Positions 52,511-60,365 are shown, numbered from the stretch's first letter. The stretch is 64,000 nt of DNA from Flavobacteriaceae bacterium (GCA_964229545.1 CAXRDP010000067.1:20162-84161); one strand, 5' to 3'. A program made the numbers and translations. The notes: generated by a model from the sequence alone, not told the origin.

Positions 52511-53261
52511 TTTCGGGCTTCCAGTGTTGGAGAGTGAGGGTTTCGCCATCAAAGACCCCGTAAGTGTAGTGTGAAATCCAGTCGCCAATGTTGATATAGG
52601 TGGCCTTGTCGTCTACTGAAAGTTCGAGTGGCAAATGGCGGTGGCCAAACACAAAATAGTCATGGTGTTCTTGTTGACGTTTGCGCTGGGCATACTGAAA
52701 CAGCCATTCTTTTTCGGGCCCGTGGTACTTGAGGTCTTCATCGCCCGAAATGAGTTTGTTTTTAAGGGACAAATAGCGTGCAAAGGGGATCCCTAAGTCG
52801 GGGTGTAACCACCGAAACAGCCATTGTGCCAGTCGGTTTCGGAATAGTTTTTTCATGCGTTTGTAGCCCTTGTCTCCCGGGCCCAAACCATCGCCATGAC
52901 CGATAAAAAATTTCTTACCCGATAGGGTAAAGCTTTGGGGGGCAAAATAGACCTTAGCGCCAATCTCTTGCTGTAAATAGTCGCGCATCCACATATCGTG
53001 GTTGCCCACAAAAAAATGAATGGCTATACCGGCGTCGGACAACTCGGCCAGTTTGCCCAACACACGAACAAATCCCTTGGGTACGACCGACTTGTATTCG
53101 ATCCAAACATCGAACAAATCGCCCAACAAGAAAACGGCTTCGGCATCGGCTTTGATATGGTCGAGCCAATTGACAAAAATCCGCTCACGAACCACACTCG
53201 CTTCTGCGGTGGGTGCGCCCAAGTGGTTGTCGGAAGCAAAATAGATTTTTTTGCCTTTCAT
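52503..53261 (-). CDS. lpxH: UDP-2,3-diacylglucosamine diphosphatase
   Basis: Metallophosphoesterase motifs (SDNHLG, GDLFDVW, GNHD, GHGD, GHRH). Confidence 0.85.
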   Translation of the reverse strand: MKGKKIYFASDNHLGAPTAEASVVRERIFVNWLDHIKADAEAVFLLGDLFDVWIEYKSVVPKGFVRVLGKLAELSDAGIAIHFFVGNHDMWMRDYLQQEIGAKVYFAPQSFTLSGKKFFIGHGDGLGPGDKGYKRMKKLFRNRLAQWLFRWLHPDLGIPFARYLSLKNKLISGDEDLKYHGPEKEWLFQYAQRKRQQEHHDYFVFGHRHLPLELSVDDKATYINIGDWISHYTYGVFDGETLTLQHWKPEND

Positions 53262-53278
53262 GGCTTCAAAAGTACAAA

Positions 53279-53722
53279 TTACTGGTCGCTCGCATACCAT
53301 TCGGCATAGGAAGAGGCTGTCTCTTGCAACCTTAATGAATGAAGTATGATGTTTTTCGGTAAGCGGGCTTTGATTTTTTGGGCAAAATCGATAACCATCA
53401 TTTCACTCGTTGGCTGATAATCGACTAACAATACTTTATGACCACTAGACTCCAAGGTTTTTGCCAAAGTCACATGGGGTGTGTTTTGATTAAAAACCGT
53501 GGCGTGGTCAAATACGTCAACGATTTCCTCTTTGACTATTTTTTTAAGATCCTTAAAGTCTATGACCATACCATATTTGACATGATTGCTGTCATCGATG
53601 GGTTGGCCAATAACGGTTACGCTCAATTTATAACTGTGGCCATGAACATTTTTGCAGAGCCCATCATATCCATATAGGGCGTGACCGGTTTCGAAAGAAA
53701 AACTTTTGGTGATACGTATCAT
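53279..53722 (-). CDS. queD: 6-carboxytetrahydropterin synthase
   Basis: PTPS fold with FSFETGHAL and CKNVHGHSYKL. Confidence 0.88.
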   Translation of the reverse strand: MIRITKSFSFETGHALYGYDGLCKNVHGHSYKLSVTVIGQPIDDSNHVKYGMVIDFKDLKKIVKEEIVDVFDHATVFNQNTPHVTLAKTLESSGHKVLLVDYQPTSEMMVIDFAQKIKARLPKNIILHSLRLQETASSYAEWYASDQ

Positions 53723-54492
53723 TTCTTTTTCTTGAGTTGTTTGAGGGTCTGTTGGGTGTTTTCAGAAAGAACAAGCTGTCCAGAAACTGTGGCATTGTGT
53801 GCCAGCAGATCATCCCAGTGGTCAGTGCCAAGCCAAAGAGCTTTTTTAAGTTCGATCAGGGCTTTTGGTGCATAGCCGGCCAGGCGCTGGGCCATGTCGT
53901 TGGTGGCTTGTTCCAATGTGTCAAAATCAGGGTGTATTTCAGCAAATAGTCCCTTTTGATGGGCCCAATCTGCAGTTTTCCATGCATGTGCCGAAAGTGA
54001 CAACTCAGACAGGGCTGCAGCGCCGATTTTACGCTTGACCGCAGGTGCAATAACAAAGGGGCCAATGCCAATAGCGATTTCAGAAAGTTTGATGCGTGAC
54101 TCAGAAGTTGCAAAGGCATAGTCACAGGCAGACACCAAGCCTACCCCGCCTCCAATGGCGGGTCCGTGAATGCGCCCGATGATGGGTTGTGGACACTTGC
54201 GCATGGCATTGATTACATTCGCAAATCCCATAAAAAAATCTTTGCCCTGTTCAGGGGTTTGTATCTGTAAAAGCTCGTCAAACGAAGCGCCCGCACAAAA
54301 CACCTTGGTGGGGTCGCTATGCAATACTATTACATGAATTTGGGTGTCTTCAGCCAAGGACACAAAAGCTTGTTGGAGCTGTTGCAATTGGGCAGAGGGG
54401 AAAGAATTCTGTTTGGGGTGGGCAAAACCCACATAGGCCACCGCATCTTTTTTGTGGACTTGTACGCCTTCCTGTATCGGTAGATTCCCCAT
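53719..54492 (-). CDS. Enoyl-CoA hydratase/isomerase (crotonase) family protein
   Basis: FCAGASFDEL oxyanion-hole region and GPAIGGG. Confidence 0.85.
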   Translation of the reverse strand: MGNLPIQEGVQVHKKDAVAYVGFAHPKQNSFPSAQLQQLQQAFVSLAEDTQIHVIVLHSDPTKVFCAGASFDELLQIQTPEQGKDFFMGFANVINAMRKCPQPIIGRIHGPAIGGGVGLVSACDYAFATSESRIKLSEIAIGIGPFVIAPAVKRKIGAAALSELSLSAHAWKTADWAHQKGLFAEIHPDFDTLEQATNDMAQRLAGYAPKALIELKKALWLGTDHWDDLLAHNATVSGQLVLSENTQQTLKQLKKKK

Positions 54493-54542
54493 ATCTTTGT
54501 GGTTGACCTGACAAAAATACGGATAATTAGGTTGGAAGTCAT

Positions 54543-55319
54543 ATGCGAAAGGTTGAAGGGGTATTGTTTGATTTAGATGGGGTGTTCTACGTGGATGGCG
54601 CGCTGATTCCGGGGGGCAATGAGACTCTGGATTGGCTCAAATCCAAAAGCATTCCCTACAGATTTGTGACCAACAACACCACCTTATCGCGCCCTGCGCT
54701 GACTGAAAAACTGCAAGGGTTGGGCCTGCAAGTGGAGGAAAATGAACTCCTCAGTGCCAACTATGCCGGTGTGCTACAGCTCAAAAAACTGGGGCTAAAA
54801 CGTTGTCGGTTGGTGCTGCGCCCTGAAGCTCAGGCCGACTACCCCCCTCATGTGGATGAAAATCCAGAGGCCATTGTGATAGGCGATATTGGAAGTCGTT
54901 GGGACTATGATTTGCTCAACGTATTGATGAATCAGGTGTTGGAAGGTGCGGAGATGGTAGCCCTGCACAAAGGGCGTTATTTCCAAACCGATCGTGGACT
55001 GCAGTTGGATAGCGGTGCTTTTGTGGCTGCGCTAGAACATGCTACTGGCAAAGCAGCGCATGTGGTGGGGAAGCCGAGTGCGGCTTTTTTTGCATTGGCA
55101 GCCCAAGAACTCAATTGTGATGCAGATTCGATTTTAATGGTCGGAGATGATTTGATAAATGACATTCAGGGCGCCCAAAAAATGGGCTATCAGGCCTTGT
55201 TGGTACAAACGGGAAAATACCGTGCAGAATTGGTGGCGCAATCCAATGTGAGACCAGACGGTGTACTTACTTCTGTAGTTGAATTGCCTAACTACCTGAT
55301 GCGAAACAATGGGTTGTAG
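54543..55319 (+). CDS. HAD-IIA family hydrolase
   Basis: DLDGV motif I, TNN motif II and GDDLINDI motif IV. Confidence 0.8.
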   Translation: MRKVEGVLFDLDGVFYVDGALIPGGNETLDWLKSKSIPYRFVTNNTTLSRPALTEKLQGLGLQVEENELLSANYAGVLQLKKLGLKRCRLVLRPEAQADYPPHVDENPEAIVIGDIGSRWDYDLLNVLMNQVLEGAEMVALHKGRYFQTDRGLQLDSGAFVAALEHATGKAAHVVGKPSAAFFALAAQELNCDADSILMVGDDLINDIQGAQKMGYQALLVQTGKYRAELVAQSNVRPDGVLTSVVELPNYLMRNNGL

Positions 55320-55335
55320 AACCAAATAAATCCCT

Positions 55336-55343
55336 TATTTTTG
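55336..55343 (+). promoter_or_regulatory. Bacteroidota -7 promoter box TATTTTTG upstream of the tRNA-fragment/GIY-YIG/tRNA-Ala unit
   Basis: Matches TAnnTTTG, with a TTG 19 nt upstream (55314-55316). It lies 13 nt before the first ggggatgta copy. Confidence 0.45.
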
Positions 55344-55356
55344 CGACCTGCCTTAT

Positions 55357-55406
55357 GGGGATGTACCAGCCCTACAGAAGTCATTTTGGCGGGGCTCAGT
55401 TGGCTA
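55357..55406 (+). repeat. Split copy of tRNA-Ala nucleotides 1-22
   Basis: ggggatgta (55357-55365) equals tRNA nt 1-9. gctcagttggcta (55394-55406) equals tRNA nt 10-22. They are separated by a 28-nt insert, and the D-loop copy is enclosed by a GGCGGG/CCCGCC stem. Confidence 0.6.
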
Positions 55407-55488
55407 CCCGCCCTGTACTGAATCAGTCGGAATGAGGTCGGTTTAGCGCAGTACGTTCGGGTAGGGAGTGTTCATTGAAAGAAATAAA

Positions 55489-55743
55489 ATGTGGTTTGTA
55501 TATGTAATTTACAGCGTTTCTAATGAGTCTTACTATGTTGGGATGACAAAAGACATAATGAGACGATTGAAAGCCCACAACAATAGTGAAGTGAAGTCAA
55601 CAAAAGCATATACGCCATGGAAAATTGTTCATAAGGAGTCATACTCCACCCTTTAGAGTGCAAGAGAAAGGGAAAAGTATTTAAAATCTGCCGCTGGGAG
55701 GCGGTGGCGTAAAAAAAATTGGGGATGTAGCTCAGTTGGCTAG
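55489..55743 (+). pseudogene. GIY-YIG nuclease family gene interrupted by an in-frame TAG; the ancestral frame terminates inside tRNA-Ala
   Basis: VYVIYS...YYVG...RRL motifs precede the TAG at 55654-55656. The same frame then continues SAREREKYLKSAAGRRWRKKNWGCSSVG and stops on the TAG at 55741-55743 in the tRNA D-loop. The catalytic Glu region lies after the premature stop. The gene is visibly AT-rich. Confidence 0.7.
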
Positions 55744-55794
55744 AGCGCTTGACTGGCAGTCAAGAGGTCGTGGGTTCGAATCCCATCTTCTCCA
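55721..55794 (+). tRNA. tRNA-Ala (anticodon GGC)
   Basis: A hand-folded 74-nt cloverleaf with a G3:U70 identity pair, anticodon loop CTGGCAG and T-loop TTCGAAT. CCA is not encoded. There is one U6:U67 mismatch in the acceptor stem. Confidence 0.9.
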
Positions 55795-55880
55795 CTATGA
55801 AGCACAGCAGAAGCTGTGGATAAAACCCTATAAAGCCCTGCAAATATTTATTTGGAAGGGCTTTGTTGGTTTTATACGCT

Positions 55881-55900
55881 AAGTGCTAGAAGCACTTTTT
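55881..55900 (+). terminator. Hairpin plus T-run (candidate intrinsic terminator)
   Basis: Stem aagtgct/agcactt (7 bp), loop aga, followed by ttttt. Confidence 0.5.
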
Positions 55901-55940
55901 GCTGTATTTCCCAAAAGGGGTATTGCGGAAATCCAAAGGA

Positions 55941-55957
55941 AATCCCATCTTCTCCAC
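55941..55957 (+). repeat. Exact copy of the tRNA-Ala 3' end (17/17 nt)
   Basis: aatcccatcttctccac is identical to 55779-55795 and lies 162 bp downstream of it. Confidence 0.85.
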
Positions 55958-56101
55958 GATCAAGCGTAACTTCGTTACGTTTTTAATACATAAAAAGTGC
56001 AACAAGTTTACTTGATTGCGCTTTGTTATTTAAAAACGTCTGTACTGCAAGGACAGGAAGTTGCATTTGCAGGGCTAGAATCAAGGGAACAACCCACGGT
56101 T

Positions 56102-56118
56102 AATCCCTTCTTCTCCGC
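56102..56118 (+). repeat. Diverged copy of the tRNA-Ala 3' end (15/17 nt)
   Basis: aatcccttcttctccgc is preceded by ggtt (T-arm-like) and lies 161 bp after the second copy. Confidence 0.7.
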
Positions 56119-56152
56119 TATATAACCCTCTGATTTAGAGGTTTTTTTATAT

Positions 56153-56186
56153 ACAAAAAAAAGCCATCTGTACAGATGGCTTTTTC
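56153..56186. terminator. Bidirectional intrinsic terminator
   Basis: The palindrome gccatctg-ta-cagatggc is flanked by an A-run on the left and a T-run on the right. It lies just downstream of the minus-strand gene ending at 56205. Confidence 0.75.
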
Positions 56187-56204
56187 ATTTAATTATTTAA
56201 AGTA

Positions 56205-56636
56205 TTACAGTCTTACTGCAAAGCCCATAACCAATCCAAACTCTTCTAATTCAGTTTGATAAACGGCGGTTGGGTTAAACTCAACACGGTCGCCAAGTTT
56301 ATATCTCTTCCCTGCTCCAACAGTGAGGCCATCACCAGCGGCATCAGTTAATGGTAAGCTTGCGTAAGCAAACATTGAATCAGTAACAAAATAACGAGCA
56401 GCAGCTGAAATAGCAGCGTCTTCTTCCCAGTCACCAAATCCAAGGCCTAAACCAGCACCCGCTTGAAGTTTGTCCGTGAAATTATACAAAGCCATCACAG
56501 ACAACTCCCCCCCGCTGTAACCATCTCCAGAAACGTACATGAAATTAGAGTCACCTTGAACGGTCCAGTTGTAATCTTGTGCAGAAACGATTACACATGA
56601 CAAAACAAATAGTGTTGATAAAATTAAATTTTTCAT
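56205..56636 (-). CDS. Small outer-membrane beta-barrel protein (hypothetical)
   Basis: Signal peptide (VSAQD), Gly/aromatic alternating strands and a C-terminal beta-strand pattern (FAVRL). I recognise no family. Confidence 0.5.
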   Translation of the reverse strand: MKNLILSTLFVLSCVIVSAQDYNWTVQGDSNFMYVSGDGYSGGELSVMALYNFTDKLQAGAGLGLGFGDWEEDAAISAAARYFVTDSMFAYASLPLTDAAGDGLTVGAGKRYKLGDRVEFNPTAVYQTELEEFGLVMGFAVRL

Positions 56637-56833
56637 AATATTAAGTTATTGTTATTGTAAAATTAGCAAAAAAAATCTTTCGTTTATCAATTTTCTAAAA
56701 AAGAAGCGCATATTTTTTTAGATTAATAAGATTGACAATCTGATTTTTTCTTCTAAGTTATCAAACCAAAAAACTATAAATTTTAGAACCTTTCTCGTTT
56801 AATTCTTTAATTTAGAAGTTCAAAAACCATCCC

Positions 56834-57532
56834 ATGAAAAAGCTGCTTTTATTGTTCTTGTTAGTGGGTTTTGCCATCAGTTGTACCCATGAGTATTCCA
56901 GAAAAGACCATTCTATGTACTGGCAAAAACACAGCGCAGAATACCATGCGCTTTGTATTCAGGCCTATAACATTGCAAAAGCAAAAGTAGATGCGGCTCT
57001 GGCAACCCCAACTGAAAAGCCCTTGGCCATCATCGCAGATATTGATGAAACGGCTCTAAACAACCTGCCATATAACGAGATGCTGATAGACTCCAGCCTG
57101 TCTTTTACCCAAAAAACATGGTCTCACTGGGTCAACAAACAAGTGGCAACACCCATTCCCGGGGCGCTTGAATTCTTTAAATACGTCGACAGTCAAGACG
57201 TCGAAATTGTATACCTTTCCAACAGAAGGGTAGAAAATTATGCCCCCACAAAAGCCAATCTTATCTCTGCAGGATTTCCTTTTTATGAAGACACCCAAAT
57301 GCTGTTAAGAGATGCGGATGGCAATAAAGAATCCAGAAGAAATAAGCTGTCCGATTACAACATTGTGTTGCTTCTTGGGGACAATCTTGCAGACTTTGAA
57401 CAAGGGTTTTACAAACAACCCAATGAAAATCGAATAGCACATGTCGATTCCCTACGTCATTTGTTTGGAGATAAATTTATCGTGTTTCCAAATCTGATAT
57501 ATGGCACTTGGGAAATGGGGTTTGAGGAATAA
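56834..57532 (+). CDS. Class C acid phosphatase / 5'-nucleotidase, lipoprotein e(P4) family (HAD)
   Basis: Lipobox AISC, with DIDET and GDNLADF aspartate motifs. Confidence 0.85.
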   Translation: MKKLLLLFLLVGFAISCTHEYSRKDHSMYWQKHSAEYHALCIQAYNIAKAKVDAALATPTEKPLAIIADIDETALNNLPYNEMLIDSSLSFTQKTWSHWVNKQVATPIPGALEFFKYVDSQDVEIVYLSNRRVENYAPTKANLISAGFPFYEDTQMLLRDADGNKESRRNKLSDYNIVLLLGDNLADFEQGFYKQPNENRIAHVDSLRHLFGDKFIVFPNLIYGTWEMGFEE

Positions 57533-57630
57533 GTAGGCGTTTTCGATTGTCTGCTCAAAAAAGCTTTTTTTAATAGTAATGTTTAGGTCTCATTAACATT
57601 TCATAACTTAGAATCCTAATATGTTTGGTT

Positions 57631-58011
57631 ATGAAAAAAATACATACCCTTTTAATACTCATAGTAGGTGTGGTGGTGCTGAGTGCTTGGACCTACAGGC
57701 TCGACAGCCCTTCCGTTTTTCGTGGGGGTGAGGCCAACAGTATGCTAGAGGAGTTTGCCGTGTATGGGCTCAATAAAACCACCATGACTTTGGTAGGCAT
57801 TGCCAAGGTGTTGCTTTCAATTGTGTTGCTCATCGGCCTAAAGTTTCGCAAACTAGTAACCCCGGCCGCACTGGGAATTGCACTTTTTATGATCGCTGCG
57901 GTTTATTTTCACCTCAGTGTTGGAGATGCGCTATTGCCCACGCTCCCCTCGGCCTTGATGCTCATTTCTTGTTTGACCATAATTTACCTACACAAAAAAG
58001 TATTTGCATAA
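57631..58011 (+). CDS. DoxX family membrane protein
   Basis: About 126 aa with 4 TM segments. The family call is from the general layout only. Confidence 0.6.
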   Translation: MKKIHTLLILIVGVVVLSAWTYRLDSPSVFRGGEANSMLEEFAVYGLNKTTMTLVGIAKVLLSIVLLIGLKFRKLVTPAALGIALFMIAAVYFHLSVGDALLPTLPSALMLISCLTIIYLHKKVFA

Positions 58012-58036
58012 TGGTTCATTTGATAACCCAACACTG

Positions 58037-59047
58037 ATGGTTCCATCTTATTTACCCGTTGGTAGGTTTCTGACAGTAGCATTATTTTCTATTGCACTAC
58101 AAGGACAAAAAACCACCCTTTCTTTTGGGTCTTGCCACAAAATGGACGACCCTAACAGCGATGTGATTTTAAATACCATCGCACAAGAACAACCCGATGG
58201 CTTTATCTGGCTCGGTGACATCGTCTATGGAAAAGATGGAGATCCGCAAGATTTAGCCCAAAAGTACCAACGACTGGCCCACAAACCTGCCTACAAAACA
58301 CTGAAACAAAACACCCAAGTGTATGGTATTTGGGATGACCACGACTATGGTATGAACGATGGTGGGGCGGCTTATAAACACAAAATCCAAAGCAGAAAAG
58401 ATTTTTTTGCCTTTCTCGAATTGCCCAAAGACCATGATGCCTATCAAAGAGAGGGCGCCTATCAAGCATATAACATAGGGGATAATGAGCATTCCATCAA
58501 GCTTATTTTACTAGACAATCGCTACTTTAAAAGCCCATACAACAAATCCAAAGAAAAAGGCCAACGTTACCAAAAAGACAGCATAGGCACCTTGCTGGGA
58601 AAAGACCAATGGGAATGGCTCGAAAATCAGCTACAAAGATCTACCGCTTCAGTCCATGTTTTTGGAAGTGGCATCCAGTTTTTATCAAACCAACACCGGT
58701 TTGAGAAATGGAGCAACTACCCCAAAGAACTAGAGAAAATGTTGCAATTGCTGCGTAAATACAAAGTAAAAAATCCCATTTTCCTTACAGGAGATCGACA
58801 TATGTCCGAATTGTCCAAAATGGATATTGGCTACACCACCCTAGTAGATGCAACTTCAAGTGGTATGACAGAAGCCTTGACCTACAACTTAACTGAAGAA
58901 AATCCTTACCGGATAGGCCCTACCATCGGGGAGGATAGCTATGGGCAACTCACCATTGACTGGGAGAAAAACAGCTATAATATCACATTTAAAAACACAC
59001 AAGGCGATGCTCTCTATGTGCATGAGCAATCATTGAGTGTAAAATAA
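58037..59047 (+). CDS. PhoD-like alkaline phosphatase / metallophosphatase
   Basis: WLGDIVY, WDDHDYG and GDRHMSE motifs. The start is uncertain; I chose the ATG at 58037, which is followed by a signal-like segment. Confidence 0.75.
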   Translation: MVPSYLPVGRFLTVALFSIALQGQKTTLSFGSCHKMDDPNSDVILNTIAQEQPDGFIWLGDIVYGKDGDPQDLAQKYQRLAHKPAYKTLKQNTQVYGIWDDHDYGMNDGGAAYKHKIQSRKDFFAFLELPKDHDAYQREGAYQAYNIGDNEHSIKLILLDNRYFKSPYNKSKEKGQRYQKDSIGTLLGKDQWEWLENQLQRSTASVHVFGSGIQFLSNQHRFEKWSNYPKELEKMLQLLRKYKVKNPIFLTGDRHMSELSKMDIGYTTLVDATSSGMTEALTYNLTEENPYRIGPTIGEDSYGQLTIDWEKNSYNITFKNTQGDALYVHEQSLSVK

Positions 59048-59053
59048 GTTGGG

Positions 59054-59689
59054 TTATTTGTCGAGCCAGTCGACCTTGCCGCTATCTAGTTGGTAAACAC
59101 CGCCCACAATTCCAATGCTTCCTTTTTGGAAAAGGTCATCTAGAATGTTGCTTTTTTCCAAAATACGTTTCATGGTAGCACGCACATTGTTTTCGATCGT
59201 GGCACTTACAAAATCTGCATCGGCGCTACTTGGTGATTTTCCGGTAGCTCGTGCCGTTTGATCCACAGCTGGCCGAATGGAGGCCAACATCCCGGTGATA
59301 TGACCTAACTCAACCCCGTCGCAAGCAGCTTTGACAGCCCCACAACCCGCATGCCCCAGCACTACGATAAGTTTGCTTCCTGCTACAGCACAGGCATATT
59401 CCATACTTCCCAAAATATCATCGTTTTCAAAGTTTCCGGCTACGCGTGCCACAAAAACATCTCCTATATGTTGGTCAAAAACCAATTCTACAGGTACCCG
59501 AGAGTCGATACAAGACAAAATCACTGCCTTGGGAAACTGTCCCGTAGTGGTCTGTGAGCGCAAGGATGCAGCGTCTACTTGTTGGGTGTTTCCGGACGAA
59601 TATCGTTCATTTCCCGACCTTAATGCGGCCAAAACGTTTTGAGGTGTGAGTTGATCTTGGTCTGATTTTTGTAGCGCTTCTTTTCTCAT
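59054..59689 (-). CDS. Beta-class carbonic anhydrase
   Basis: CIDSR and HAGCGAV zinc-ligand motifs. Confidence 0.9.
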   Translation of the reverse strand: MRKEALQKSDQDQLTPQNVLAALRSGNERYSSGNTQQVDAASLRSQTTTGQFPKAVILSCIDSRVPVELVFDQHIGDVFVARVAGNFENDDILGSMEYACAVAGSKLIVVLGHAGCGAVKAACDGVELGHITGMLASIRPAVDQTARATGKSPSSADADFVSATIENNVRATMKRILEKSNILDDLFQKGSIGIVGGVYQLDSGKVDWLDK

Positions 59690-59792
59690 GATGAGAGTAA
59701 ATAATTTTTGCCCTAAAATATACTTTTTTGAGAAACATTAACGTTTTAGTACACATGACAAACTATAACCAACCAACAACTTTTTCAAATTT

Positions 59793-60365
59793 GTGGGGTC
59801 TAAGCTTAAAACCAAAGTTTTGAACCTAACCGAAGATCACATCCAAGAACTGCTACACGACTCAAAATATGAGCGTGCACTGACAGAAATCGTTTCGGCA
59901 TTCCACGAGCCCATGTACTGGGTGATTCGGAAATTGGTACTCCGCCATGAAGACGCCAACGATGTGCTGCAAAACACTTATGTGCGTATCTTTAAAGGAT
60001 TGCCTAAGTTTCGCCACCAAAGTGCTGTTAAAACTTGGTGTTATCGAATTGCTTACAACGAGTCCATGAGACATTTAGAACAACAGAAAAAACGTGGCTT
60101 GTTGTTGCCCGATGGCAACTTCCCCGACTATTGGGCCCAATTGTGTGCAGACCCATATTTTGATGCACACCAAGCAGACGCACATTTTCAACAACTGCTG
60201 GGGGAGCTCACAGAAGACCAACGCATGGTGTTTTCCATGAAATATTATGACGAATTAAAATTTACTGAAATTGCAGCAGTTACCGGACGCAATGTCAATG
60301 CGATCAAAGCCACCTATTACGCCGCCAAAACTGCCCTGACACAACAACTCAAAACAGCCGTATGA
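59793..60365 (+). CDS. ECF-type RNA polymerase sigma factor
   Basis: Region 2 (DVLQNTYVRIF, WCYRIAYNE) and region 4 (LTEDQRMVFSMKYYDELKFTEIA). The start codon (GTG at 59793) is uncertain. Confidence 0.85.
   Translation: MGSKLKTKVLNLTEDHIQELLHDSKYERALTEIVSAFHEPMYWVIRKLVLRHEDANDVLQNTYVRIFKGLPKFRHQSAVKTWCYRIAYNESMRHLEQQKKRGLLLPDGNFPDYWAQLCADPYFDAHQADAHFQQLLGELTEDQRMVFSMKYYDELKFTEIAAVTGRNVNAIKATYYAAKTALTQQLKTAV

Noticed and set aside
55350-55470. Possibility that the structured region upstream of the GIY-YIG gene is SRP RNA, tmRNA, 6S RNA or RNase P RNA
   Set aside because: It is too short for tmRNA or RNase P RNA. It has no SRP helix-8 GGAA tetraloop or AGCA motif context, and no tmRNA-like 5' or 3' ends. 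I could not fit any known family by eye.
55357-55797. Group I intron carrying a GIY-YIG homing endonuclease inside a tRNA gene
   Set aside because: The interruption point would be in the D-arm rather than the anticodon loop. The non-coding parts are far too short to hold a group I core, and an intact uninterrupted tRNA is present at 55721-55794.
55798-56204. Integrated genomic island or prophage at the tRNA-Ala 3' end
   Set aside because: The repeated att-like 17-mers are only about 160 bp apart. No integrase, excisionase or other mobile-element gene occurs anywhere in the window. At most these are scars.
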